Below are positions 38,284 to 47,682 of a stretch of DNA of 64,000 nt, in pieces. A model generated the notes under the pieces. That model was not told where the DNA came from. It saw only the letters and a list, made by a program, of their open reading frames with translations, and did not search any database. How positions within the stretch are numbered: the first letter of the stretch is position 1; every line of letters begins with the position of its first letter. The translations under genes were made by a program, and so were the position numbers. The stretch comes from an uncultured Desulfuromonadales bacterium (GTDB lineage: Bacteria; Desulfobacterota; Desulfuromonadia; Geobacterales; CAIOGM01), in contig CAIYUY010000021.1 in NCBI GenBank assembly GCA_903929485.1, positions 830-64,829 of the forward strand, in the 5' to 3' direction.

Positions 38284-40107
38284 TTATTGTTCCGGAATTT
38301 CAGATGCCGTATCCAGCCGTTTATGCCAGCGACTCATGACGATGGAAAGGACGGCCGTGGCCATGCCGAAGGAGAGGACACTCCCCACCAGGGGAAGCCC
38401 CGCGACCGCCACCAGGTCATGGAAGAAGACCTTCATTCCGCCGATCATGATGATAAAAATAGCGATATTCCGTTTTTCCTGATCACGTCCCAGGTAACCC
38501 CAGATAACGAGTCCAGCCGCGGCGCCGTTAATGATAATCGACTGCAATGCCGTAACCAGGGGGAGATTGGCGCGCCCGTCCACCCCCGCGAAAAAGAACG
38601 AGGTAAGACCATCCAAAAGATAGAAGCCGCTGATAAGCGCCAGAATCAGCAACAATGCGGCGCTGAAATCCTTTCGATCATAGCGTGCGAAAAAACGGAT
38701 GTCGGCGGGTGGGGCGTTGCTCCTGGCCCATCGGTAATGAAGATAGGCAAGAGCCGCCACGGCGCAACAGGCCGCCAGGGAGGCAAACGGTTCGGTTGTT
38801 TTCTTTGTGGCGAGAATGAACGTCAGATAAACCGTTGCGTGGAACTGAAGCAGATACGATGAGAGACGCGCCCCACCGCTTTTCCAGACTCCCGAGAAGA
38901 TGATGAGGATATAGGCTGCCCCCGAAAGGATCGGCAAGGCGTACAGCGCGCTTCCCGCCACGGTGGGAAGAGAGAGCGCCAGGAGAAGCGCTCCGGCGTT
39001 ACAGATGGCTCCCAGCCCTCCGCGCCCTTGGGATCGCTTTCGAGCCAGGAACCAGACAACGGCGATGTGGAACGCCGACACCCCAAGCCCCAACAGGTTG
39101 ATCAGGTAGTTGCAGCTCCCCAAAACCGTTGTCAGGTACTGAGCGCTTCCAAAAGACCAGAGTACCGTCAGAGTAGGAATTGCAAGATAATACGTATCCA
39201 CCTTCTCGGATTTCCCTGCAATGATTTCCCAGGCGGCGATGACAAGATAGGTAAAGCCGAAGATCCCGACCCCGGCCAGGAACCAGGGGAGCTGCTGTTG
39301 CGCGGCCGCTTTCAACGAGGGATCGGAAAGATAAGGGAGAATAATGCGATAAGTCCACCAAAGAGCGGCATAGACCGTTATGGAGAAAAGCGACCACCGA
39401 ACCCAGGAGCACCGGTCCAGACGGGTAGTAAAATGACCCAGGAGGTTGGCTGCCAGGATGGTGACGATGAGGAATCGGAAATCAGGCGTCGCCTCGTGAA
39501 AGGTGAGAACCACCGCGGTGACGGCCATCCCCACACTCCCGATGCTATGGGGAAGCCTGACCCGGAAGCGATGAGAGGCTGCCGCGGCAACGGCTCCGGT
39601 AAGGATAAGGATGAGATGCGCCGGCAGAAGAGGGAGCAGATGAAGTTTTGTGTTGAGGTTGGTCTCCCCCACAACCATGTACATGAGCAGGATGCCGCAA
39701 ACAGTGAAGAGCGGCGCCAGGCGCCCGGCCTTGAGGTAGCGGAGCCAGCCGATCCCCAGGAGGATGGCGGCATACCCTATCCCCACAAAGGCGCCCAGCT
39801 GTTTGTTGATCAGGCCGTAATCGGTGACCGTACGCAAAATCAGCGCGATTACCATGAGGAAACTTGCGGTAGACGCCTGGGAGAGGATACGGGAAGAAAA
39901 CCCCTCGAAACTGGGGAGGGATGAAAGCTCCGCCTGGGCCGACAGTTCAGCCGCCGTTCCGCTGGGGAGGGGAGGAGCCGACGGCATGGAGACGTCGGTG
40001 GGAGCCGCCGCCTGGGCGGCCAGTTGATCCACCCGCCGGCGCAGCAATGAAACCTCGGCGGCAAGCTGTTCTACCTTAACTTCCAGGGAATTCCGTTCGT
40101 CAGCCAC
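38284..40107 (-). CDS. Polytopic membrane protein, DUF2339-like (N-terminal coiled coil plus many TM helices)
   Basis: LEVKVEQLAAEVSLLRRRVDQLAAQ is followed by about 16 or more hydrophobic segments. GTG start with GGGAGG RBS. Confidence 0.5.
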   Translation of the reverse strand: MADERNSLEVKVEQLAAEVSLLRRRVDQLAAQAAAPTDVSMPSAPPLPSGTAAELSAQAELSSLPSFEGFSSRILSQASTASFLMVIALILRTVTDYGLINKQLGAFVGIGYAAILLGIGWLRYLKAGRLAPLFTVCGILLMYMVVGETNLNTKLHLLPLLPAHLILILTGAVAAAASHRFRVRLPHSIGSVGMAVTAVVLTFHEATPDFRFLIVTILAANLLGHFTTRLDRCSWVRWSLFSITVYAALWWTYRIILPYLSDPSLKAAAQQQLPWFLAGVGIFGFTYLVIAAWEIIAGKSEKVDTYYLAIPTLTVLWSFGSAQYLTTVLGSCNYLINLLGLGVSAFHIAVVWFLARKRSQGRGGLGAICNAGALLLALSLPTVAGSALYALPILSGAAYILIIFSGVWKSGGARLSSYLLQFHATVYLTFILATKKTTEPFASLAACCAVAALAYLHYRWARSNAPPADIRFFARYDRKDFSAALLLILALISGFYLLDGLTSFFFAGVDGRANLPLVTALQSIIINGAAAGLVIWGYLGRDQEKRNIAIFIIMIGGMKVFFHDLVAVAGLPLVGSVLSFGMATAVLSIVMSRWHKRLDTASEIPEQ

Positions 40108-40159
40108 CTGTCACCTCCCGCTCACCGTCACACTCCGGAGAGTCTCGTGAATACATACG

Positions 40160-40186
40160 AAAAAAGGGGCGTGCAGAGCACGCCCC
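40160..40186 (-). terminator. Intrinsic terminator after the NrfD-like gene
   Basis: On the minus strand: GGGGCGTGC-tct-GCACGCCCC followed by TTTTTT. Confidence 0.7.
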
Positions 40187-40209
40187 CCATAAAAAGTTGT
40201 AACACCCTT

Positions 40210-41466
40210 TTAGTGAGATCCCTTGTACTTGAAGACCGGCATCACCTTGTTGATAAAGTAGAAGAGCACGTAGGGGGTTATGATGACCGAAAGCGCTCCC
40301 ATGAGCCCTTCCTTGAAGGTATCCAGGCTGGTGGGGATAATGGGAATGACATAATCCATGAATCCCGCGTAACTGGCCGAAAACGCCTGACCGCCGATGA
40401 CGACGTTCCACCGCATCATGAAGACGCCGAAGAGCATGAGGCTGGAAGCAAGAGCCGCCCGGCGCACCGTGAGGCCCGGGAGCTTGAAGAGAATGAACGG
40501 CAGCAAGTTCCCCAGGCCATACTGCATGACGAAGATCTTGTAGAAATCCCGCTGATAGATGACCTCGCGCAGGATGTCCCACGATTTCACCGCGGTGTAA
40601 CCGCGGAAGATGAGGTCGAGAAGTTCCAGGGTGATGGCTGCAAGGAGGAAGCCGACCAGATACTTGGAGGTGAGTTGAACCTCCTCGATCTCGGCGCTCT
40701 GAAGCTCCTCGTAGGAAGGGAGATCCTTCGCCTTATTGCCCATTTTGCTCAGGATCTTCCTGATCTCCATGGTCACGATGTAGGTGATGATACAAAGGGA
40801 GATCCCGGAAACGACGGCTGAGCAGATAAATATGACCGGCATGAGCGGGGTCATCCAGAGGGCGTTGGCCTTCACCGAGCCGAAAATGAAGCCGGCGTAG
40901 CCATGGAGGAAGCAGGCGACGGGAATACCGATGCCGGCCAGCTTGCTCACCGCTTTTTCGTCTTTTTCCAGGGCATGTTCGCTGACGTCGTAGCACCCCA
41001 GGGTAAGCGCCGAAAAGAGGAGATAGCGGAAGTTTCCGATGAGGCCGCGATTGGTATCATCCTTCAGCTCCAAGGCGGTGGCCACGAAATGGGGACGGTA
41101 GACGAACCAAAGCTCCGAGGCGACGATCATCCCGTAGGTGGAAAAAACAATACCGAAGGCGGCGATGGCCGAGGTGAAATGCGGCGTCATCATGACATGG
41201 ATGCCGCGCAACGGCTGCTGAAGATGCAGCATCAGCGGCATCATCGCCACCGGGAGCAGGGCGAAGGAGAAGACCAGGGAAAAACGGGCGATATCCTTCA
41301 ACTGCTTGACGCCGAAAACATGGTAGAGGGAGGAGAGGACGAAAGCCCCCGCCACGAGACCGGTCATGAAAGGGTACATGACGATCTGAATCGACCAGTA
41401 GATATACTCGTTGGGATAACAGAAAAATTCCTTGAGGGTCCAGGCCTCTCCGTGAATTTCCATCAT
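40210..41466 (-). CDS. NrfD/PsrC-family quinol-interacting integral membrane subunit
   Basis: 418 aa, about 10 TM helices, and sits immediately after a NrfC-like FeS gene (2-nt gap). Confidence 0.8.
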   Translation of the reverse strand: MMEIHGEAWTLKEFFCYPNEYIYWSIQIVMYPFMTGLVAGAFVLSSLYHVFGVKQLKDIARFSLVFSFALLPVAMMPLMLHLQQPLRGIHVMMTPHFTSAIAAFGIVFSTYGMIVASELWFVYRPHFVATALELKDDTNRGLIGNFRYLLFSALTLGCYDVSEHALEKDEKAVSKLAGIGIPVACFLHGYAGFIFGSVKANALWMTPLMPVIFICSAVVSGISLCIITYIVTMEIRKILSKMGNKAKDLPSYEELQSAEIEEVQLTSKYLVGFLLAAITLELLDLIFRGYTAVKSWDILREVIYQRDFYKIFVMQYGLGNLLPFILFKLPGLTVRRAALASSLMLFGVFMMRWNVVIGGQAFSASYAGFMDYVIPIIPTSLDTFKEGLMGALSVIITPYVLFYFINKVMPVFKYKGSH

Positions 41467-41468
41467 AA

Positions 41469-42284
41469 CTATCTTACCTCCCTGTCAAGCGCCAGATAAT
41501 AGACCTGTGGCTTGGTGCCGTATTCCGACTTGAGCACCCCGACCCTGCCGGTCATGATGACTTTGGTCACCGGATCATTGGGATCTTTCAGATTGCCTAT
41601 CTGCCGGGCGCCGAAGGGACAGGACTGAACGCAGGCGGTCTTCATCCCCTTGGAAATCCGGTGGTAGCAGAAGTTACACTTTTCAGCCACCTTGTAGACA
41701 GGATGGAAGAACCGTACGCCGTAGGGACAGCCCATGACGCAGTAACCGCAACCGATACACCAGGAACGGTCCACCAGCACGACACCGTCGCCGGTCTTGT
41801 AGGTGGCGCCCACCGGACAGACCTGCACGCAGGGAGGATTATCGCACTGATTGCAAAGCTTGGGGACGAAGAAAGCCTTTGAGATATCCTCGTCCTTGAT
41901 CTCCACATGCTTGTCGGCGCCCACTTCGATCTTGGCGGTGGTAAAACCATCACGCCCCCCCTTGGGGGAATCGGCGTTGATGCCGAAGCCGGGGTTTGAC
42001 ATATTCCCCTCAACCCGCATCTTGCCATCCTTGCAGATGACATAACGCTCCACCCAGGTGCGGGTGATGTCGGCGTCATAGGGAACTTCGTTCTCCAGCT
42101 TGCACGCCTTGACACAGAAACCGCACCCCACGCACTTCTGCGTGTCCGCGAGGAAAACCCATCTCGTATTCCCCCCATTAGCGGCGAACAGCGACTTCGG
42201 GTTGATGAATTCCAGGGCCGAAGCAGGGATGGCGGCCCCGGCGATGATGGTAATGGTCTGTTTCAGAAAATCTCTTCTCTCCAT
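41469..42284 (-). CDS. Tat-exported 4Fe-4S ferredoxin subunit (NrfC/HybA/DmsB family)
   Basis: Twin-arginine signal MERRDFLK. Cys clusters CVGCGFCVKAC, CNQCDNPPCVQVCP, CIGCGYCVMGCP and CNFC...C..CP. Confidence 0.85.
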   Translation of the reverse strand: MERRDFLKQTITIIAGAAIPASALEFINPKSLFAANGGNTRWVFLADTQKCVGCGFCVKACKLENEVPYDADITRTWVERYVICKDGKMRVEGNMSNPGFGINADSPKGGRDGFTTAKIEVGADKHVEIKDEDISKAFFVPKLCNQCDNPPCVQVCPVGATYKTGDGVVLVDRSWCIGCGYCVMGCPYGVRFFHPVYKVAEKCNFCYHRISKGMKTACVQSCPFGARQIGNLKDPNDPVTKVIMTGRVGVLKSEYGTKPQVYYLALDREVR

Positions 42285-42342
42285 ATGATCCTGCCTCCGT
42301 AGAGTAATCTGTTCGGAACTGCCGCTTCGTCAGCCGTTACCC

Positions 42343-42894
42343 CTACTTCTTGGCGCCCCCCGCGCTTTTTCCCTCGGGAGCTCCCGCTTCAAGCTTGTAG
42401 GTGGGGAAACGCTGACCGCTTTTCTTCAAAGCCCCCAGGTTGGGGTTATGGGGATCGTGGCAGGTAACGCACTCCACATTGGGATCCTGATGCGTGGCGG
42501 GGTTGATACCGCGAATCTTGCCGCGATCACTGTTCGGGTATTTCAGTATGGCGTGGCAGCGGAGACAGAGGAGCCGGTTGATATCGATGGGAAGCTTGGC
42601 GATCTTGCCGGGGTGATCCATCCCGGGACCATGACAGTCTTCGCAGGGGATGATCGCATGGGGAGTATTCCGGATGTAGGTGAAATTTTTCGAGTGGCAA
42701 TCCTTACAGTACGCGGAGCCCTGGAACTTCACCTTGATATCTTTCCAGTACTGCTCGTTGTTGGGATTATGCCAGCCGTACATGTACCCCGCCTCACCGA
42801 TGCCGAATTCCTTCGGCACATAAAACGCCCTGAAAATCAGGATGCCCGCTACGAGCGCAAGCGCTACAAACAATGGTCGCCACACATGACTCAC
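42343..42894 (-). CDS. Membrane-anchored tetrahaem cytochrome c
   Basis: An N-terminal TM helix and 4 CXXCH (CKDCH, CEDCH, CLRCH, CVTCH). GTG start with AGGAGG 8 nt upstream. Confidence 0.8.
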   Translation of the reverse strand: MSHVWRPLFVALALVAGILIFRAFYVPKEFGIGEAGYMYGWHNPNNEQYWKDIKVKFQGSAYCKDCHSKNFTYIRNTPHAIIPCEDCHGPGMDHPGKIAKLPIDINRLLCLRCHAILKYPNSDRGKIRGINPATHQDPNVECVTCHDPHNPNLGALKKSGQRFPTYKLEAGAPEGKSAGGAKK

Positions 42895-43050
42895 TGGATG
42901 CTACCTCCTTGTATGGATTGATAAAATAATGTTTCCGATTATGGACTGATTCCCGGTCATCATCGCGATGGCATACCAGGGGAAAAGGCGTCGAAACTTA
43001 GCACGGATTCAGCACCATTGTCCAGCTTTTAAACGCTAACAAAAACGTTG

Positions 43051-44904
43051 TTAATGGGCGCCGCTCGCCAGGAAGGCGTAGATCATGAGCAGCAGCAGCG
43101 TGATCCCGATAAAAAGCGCGGTAAAACCGAACCCCTTGAACAGAAAATCGTACAGGATACCGCTGCTCTTTTCCACCTTGAACTGGTCGGAGATCCCCTG
43201 CTGTTCATAACGCGCCCACTGGTCCCCTCGCTCCTCCATGAACTCCTCCTTGGTCATCTGACCGTTGAAGATTACGAAATCCATGGGGAATTTTTCCGGG
43301 CGACCGTGAGTATTAAAAAAGTGAACCGTGAAGATGAAGCCCGTGGCCAGGAGCGCCTCGTCGGAATGGATGATGGTGGCCACGTTGAACGCCCACCCCG
43401 GAAGGAAGATCCCGAAGAATTCCGGAAACCAGAGCATGAGACCCGAGCCGCCGATGGCGAACATCCCCCAGAATACCGCCAGGAAGTCGAATTTCTCCCA
43501 GTAGGTCCACCGATCGAAGGATGGTTTCGGCCCCCGGAAGAGAAACCACCGGACCATCCCCGTCACATCCTTCAGATCCCTCAGATTGGGGCAGAGGGAG
43601 TCTGGTCCGAACAACCGCTGAAGGAAATTTCCCGGAATATCCTTTCTGATAAACAAAAAATGAATGCTCATGAGTATGGCTGCCGCAAAATAGAGAAAGG
43701 TGATGACGGCGCAGATCCGGTGGATGTGACCCGCCGCCGCTGTCCCTCCATACAGACGCATGAGCGACATGGCCCACGCCTGATCACTGAATTTGAGAGG
43801 GAGCCCGGTGAGCGCGAGTCCCAGGAAGCTGGTGATGACCATGACATGAAGGGCGATATGTTGAGCGTTAAACCGTCGGTAATGTTTATGAGCATCGGGA
43901 ATTGCACGGTGAAGGTGCTCGGCCATGAGGAGCTCTTCCCTCCGCCGGTTTTCCACGAAACCGCGGAACATCCAGAGAATGGTATGCAGCCAGAAGACGG
44001 CGAAGGTGCTGGTCAATAGCCCGGTCATGGCGATAAAGGTCCAGAAGAGGATCGGGTAGTTTTTCCGATCCGTATGTTCGCCATGGGGATAGTATGCGGC
44101 GAAAAGCGCGGTGGCCTTCTTGTGGCACTTGGCGCAGGTCGCCACCAGGTTCCTGGAATTAACGGTGGAAGCGGGATCCTTGGCCGGAAGAATGTTATGC
44201 GCCGAGTGGCAGTCGGCGCACCCCGCCACCCTTTCCGGGAAACCGAGGCGGTAGTTCTTCCCGTGGTAGCTGGCCATGTAGCTCTCCACGGCCACGTTGG
44301 TGACGTTGTTGCGCTTCATCATCTCTTCGTTGCTGTGGCATTTCATGCAGACCCTGGTATGGAATTCGCGGACATCATGAGACGCCCCATTCCCCACGGC
44401 CTTGATATCATGCAAGTTGTGGCAATCATGACAGGCGGCCGAGTCCTGAACCCCCCTGGCCACCGCCTTGCCATGAACGGAATTCCGGTAGCCGGCTTCC
44501 TTGTCATGGCACTGGATGCATTTGGCGATGACGATCTTCTTGTCCCCTTTCCAGTACTGATGCGTATGGACATCCGTATGGCAGTCGGCGCAGGTGACCC
44601 CTTTCCGGGTATGGACACTGAGATAATGCTCAGCGGTCTGCTTCTTATGACAACGGTCGCAGGCAACCTTTTGAACCTTGATCTCCTTGCGCATATGCTT
44701 GGCAAGGTCGGTGATATCCAGATGGCAGCCGGTGCAGGCGTTCTTGCCGTGCACCGACGCGGCAAAAGCCGTCATGGAGATCTTGTCGCCGTGGCACCCG
44801 AGACAGGTAGCCGGATCGATGGCCATCCCATGTTCGGCCCCCGCGGGGATGGTCATAAGCAGAAGAAAGAGTACGAGTACAACGTTGAACCAGTTCCGCC
44901 GCAT
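43051..44904 (-). CDS. CbcL-like fusion: periplasmic 9-haem cytochrome c plus HydC/FdnI-type di-haem cytochrome b membrane domain
   Basis: A signal peptide and 9 CXXCH (CLGCH, CTGCH, CDRCH, CADCH, CIQCH, CHDCH, CMKCH, CADCH, CAKCH). These are followed by TM helices with conserved His (AQHIALHV, AAGHIHRICAV, IIHSDEA, FTVHFFNTH). Confidence 0.75.
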   Translation of the reverse strand: MRRNWFNVVLVLFLLLMTIPAGAEHGMAIDPATCLGCHGDKISMTAFAASVHGKNACTGCHLDITDLAKHMRKEIKVQKVACDRCHKKQTAEHYLSVHTRKGVTCADCHTDVHTHQYWKGDKKIVIAKCIQCHDKEAGYRNSVHGKAVARGVQDSAACHDCHNLHDIKAVGNGASHDVREFHTRVCMKCHSNEEMMKRNNVTNVAVESYMASYHGKNYRLGFPERVAGCADCHSAHNILPAKDPASTVNSRNLVATCAKCHKKATALFAAYYPHGEHTDRKNYPILFWTFIAMTGLLTSTFAVFWLHTILWMFRGFVENRRREELLMAEHLHRAIPDAHKHYRRFNAQHIALHVMVITSFLGLALTGLPLKFSDQAWAMSLMRLYGGTAAAGHIHRICAVITFLYFAAAILMSIHFLFIRKDIPGNFLQRLFGPDSLCPNLRDLKDVTGMVRWFLFRGPKPSFDRWTYWEKFDFLAVFWGMFAIGGSGLMLWFPEFFGIFLPGWAFNVATIIHSDEALLATGFIFTVHFFNTHGRPEKFPMDFVIFNGQMTKEEFMEERGDQWARYEQQGISDQFKVEKSSGILYDFLFKGFGFTALFIGITLLLLMIYAFLASGAH

Positions 44905-45183
44905 GCATATACTCCTCGATTGTCGTTGGCGCCTTAAAATAAACCGGTGATACGGATTCGACTCATACTACAAGATCAATGCCGAAAGAGCTGTTTCATC
45001 GGTAGTTGTCCCAATAAAGACGGAGAGTTCCCTCCGGTAGCGTTTTCATCGTATTCCACGGACCGGTTCCGGTATACGCGGCATGAAGTTGATGAACTTG
45101 TTCACCTCATCCGCCTGGGCGATGCCGTTACCGTCCGGCCATATGCCTGTACCGACCGGCCATTTCACCGAATGATCGAGACG

Positions 45184-45720
45184 TTATTTCGCATGGGCCT
45201 TGTCATGGCAGATATTACACAACGTAATGAACCGTAGTTCCTCGCCGTTGATGTGCTTCCCGATATTCCGCCGAAAGTAAAGAAGTATCCTGTCCCTGAT
45301 GCTGAGCTTCATCCTGCGAATTTCGTTGGCCGAATTCCACCGGAACGCGGCGTCTCTGTCCTCCGTTGCGTCCGGAAGAATATAATCGTCACTCTTCATG
45401 CCGGATACATCAAAACCGAAATCTTCTTCTTTCGCCATTTCCTTTGCGGTAGCGCCACTGACGATACTCCAACCGAATTCGACCCGGAGTTCGCGAAGAC
45501 GGCGCGCCCACTCGCTGATACCCGCAACGACCATGATTTCTTCCCCGCCGATAATCACCAGTGGGTATTTGCGAAAGTAATGGAGAATTCTGTCGCGAGC
45601 CGCGGTAACGCACTCTCCGGTAATGAGTGAGCTTCCAAGGTCGCGGAGCAGGTTATGGACCGGCACGAGAGCAAGGACCGATGCGGTCGTGATAAACCTT
45701 TTCCTCGGTGATATTCGCAA
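45184..45720 (-). CDS. Hypothetical protein with duplicated wHTH-like segment and an HNH-like C-terminal stub (possibly a remnant)
   Basis: RDRILHYF...EWARRLRELRVEFGWSI and a second, truncated RDRILLYFRRNIGKHINGEEL. It ends TLCNICHDKAHAK. TTG start; no clear N-terminus. Confidence 0.3.
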   Translation of the reverse strand: MRISPRKRFITTASVLALVPVHNLLRDLGSSLITGECVTAARDRILHYFRKYPLVIIGGEEIMVVAGISEWARRLRELRVEFGWSIVSGATAKEMAKEEDFGFDVSGMKSDDYILPDATEDRDAAFRWNSANEIRRMKLSIRDRILLYFRRNIGKHINGEELRFITLCNICHDKAHAK

Positions 45721-45989
45721 TTCCCACGCCGCTCATTGCGGTTTCCGAAGGTAATACTAACGTTTTATTCATAGTTCGATTTTACTTTTGTTTAAAATAC
45801 GAAGTCTTATTGCTTATCCGATTTTATAGCATGGTTCCGACAGGTATGGGAAGGATGTATCTGAAAACCTCGCGCCATGCCTTTTCTTTCTTTAACTGGA
45901 GGCTGTTTCCTCCCTTGACAAGTGACAGGCTCTTTGTTAGTCTCGCTAAACTTCGTTTACACCGCATATAAAAACAGGAATCAGACCCC

Positions 45990-47060
45990 GTGCATAAAAA
46001 ACTTTTCATACCCGGTCCCATTGAGATCGCCCCGGAGATTCTTCAGGCCATGGCGACCCCCATGATCGGCCACCGGATGCCCGAATACGCACAACTTCAC
46101 GGGTCGGTTACCTCCGGCCTGAAGAAGGTCATGGGAACTGGAAACCGTGTATTTCTCGCCACCTCCAGCGCCTTCGGCGTCATGGAAGGTGCGGTACGAA
46201 ATCTCGTGAAGGGGCGCTGCGTCAATTTCTGCAACGGCGCCTTTTCCGATAAGTGGCATGACGTGACCCGTCGGTGCGGCAAGGAAGCCGACGCGGTCAA
46301 GGTCCCCTGGGGCAAGCCGATCACCCCCGAACTTGTGGAGCAGGCCTTGGCCACCGGTCGCTACGATTCATTTACCCTCATCCATAACGAAACCTCCACG
46401 GGAGTCATGTCCCCCCTGGGGGAAATCATGGCGGTGGCGGGGCGCTACCCGGACGTGATTTCCATCATTGACACCGTCTCATCCATGAGCGCCCTCCCGA
46501 TCCCGGTGGACGAACTGGGGATCGATGTCTGCATATTCGGCGTGCAGAAGGCCTTTGCGCTTCCGCCGGGTCTGGCGATCTTCAGCGCCTCGGAGAAGTC
46601 ACTGGAGCGAGCGAGGAGCGTGGAGGGACGGGGATATTATTTCGATTTTCTCGAATTCGCCCTTCACGACGACAAGAATAATACTCCCTCCACCCCTTGC
46701 ATCTCCCTGGTCTACGCCCTGGCGAAGCAACTGGAGCGGTTTGCCGCCGAGGGGCTCGAGCAGCGGTGGAACCGCCATCGGGAACTGGCGACTCAGGTCC
46801 GCCAATGGGCGACGGGGCGCGGACTTCACTTTTTCGTGGATGAACCGTACCGCTCCGTCACCCTCACCTGTATCGCAAATAATAAAGGAATTGACTTAAA
46901 GCAGTTGAAAGGGGAGCTCGGGGTACGGGGCTATGCCTTTGATGACGGTTACGGCAAGCTGAAAGGGGAGACCTTCCGGATCGCCCACATGGGCGACCTG
47001 CTCCCCAATGAACTGAAGGAATTTATCGCGGTGATTGACGAACTGACGCCGGGTTTCTGA
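45990..47060 (+). CDS. Class-V aminotransferase (serine-pyruvate / alanine-glyoxylate / phosphoserine aminotransferase type)
   Basis: LFIPGPIEI..., HNETSTGV, and FGVQKAF as the PLP-lysine region. GTG start. Confidence 0.8.
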   Translation: MHKKLFIPGPIEIAPEILQAMATPMIGHRMPEYAQLHGSVTSGLKKVMGTGNRVFLATSSAFGVMEGAVRNLVKGRCVNFCNGAFSDKWHDVTRRCGKEADAVKVPWGKPITPELVEQALATGRYDSFTLIHNETSTGVMSPLGEIMAVAGRYPDVISIIDTVSSMSALPIPVDELGIDVCIFGVQKAFALPPGLAIFSASEKSLERARSVEGRGYYFDFLEFALHDDKNNTPSTPCISLVYALAKQLERFAAEGLEQRWNRHRELATQVRQWATGRGLHFFVDEPYRSVTLTCIANNKGIDLKQLKGELGVRGYAFDDGYGKLKGETFRIAHMGDLLPNELKEFIAVIDELTPGF

Positions 47061-47088
47061 TCTCGGCCTGAAAAAAAGGAGAAGATGG

Positions 47089-47259
47089 ATGAAATGTCCC
47101 AACTGCGGCAACCGGGAGTCGGTGGAGATCGACACGCACTCCGACGGCTTCACCTCCCAAGAGTGCCCCGTGAAGGAATGCGGCGTCTGCGGTCTGGTCT
47201 GGCGGGTAAAGATGGTGGATGACAAGATGGAAATCGATACGATAAAACCTGCACCTTAA
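47089..47259 (+). CDS. Small zinc-ribbon protein (56 aa)
   Basis: My translation gives MKCPNCGNRESVEIDTHSDGFTSQECPVKECGVCGLVWRVKMVDDKMEIDTIKPAP*. AAGGAGAAG RBS; a hairpin follows. Confidence 0.55.
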   Translation: MKCPNCGNRESVEIDTHSDGFTSQECPVKECGVCGLVWRVKMVDDKMEIDTIKPAP

Positions 47260-47301
47260 GTAAAAGATGCAGGTTTTATCAGTTTTCAGACCGGATGGGG
47301 G

Positions 47302-47460
47302 TCAAGCCAACTCGAAGACATCTTTGCCGGCCCCGCAGAGGGGACAGACCCACCCTTCGGGAATCTCTTCAAACGGTGTCCCGGCCGGAACACCGTTATC
47401 GGGGTCGCCTGTTTCAGGGTCGTAGACATACTGACAGATGGTGCAGATCCAACGTTCCAT
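47302..47460 (-). CDS. Rubredoxin
   Basis: My translation gives [52 protein letters not shown]. The track ORF 47286-47522 is in the wrong frame. Confidence 0.95.
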   Translation of the reverse strand: MERWICTICQYVYDPETGDPDNGVPAGTPFEEIPEGWVCPLCGAGKDVFELA

Positions 47461-47682
47461 GAATTTTCTCCTTTTTTGTGGGTTTCGATGAAGGGGAGCT
47501 CCAAAAGAGTCCCGGTGGACATGAGAAAGAGTATATAACAGGTTACCGTCGCGCTGTCAAATCGAAGGGTATCACGGATCCGAAGCGACTGCCGCCTGAC
47601 GGCAGGGATCGCAGGTACGGCAACATGGAGTGTAGTCCGGCAGTGGTGTTATCAAACGCATGTTAAAGGAGACACAACGACT

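Noticed and set aside
39028-44937. Plus-strand ORFs 39028-39924, 40147-40821, 40903-41499, 43048-44019 and 44074-44937
   Set aside because: All are antisense to the membrane and cytochrome genes, whose CXXCH, FeS and TM patterns fix the coding strand.
47286-47522. 78-aa minus-strand ORF
   Set aside because: It is in the wrong frame. The adjacent frame gives a textbook 52-aa rubredoxin (47302-47460).
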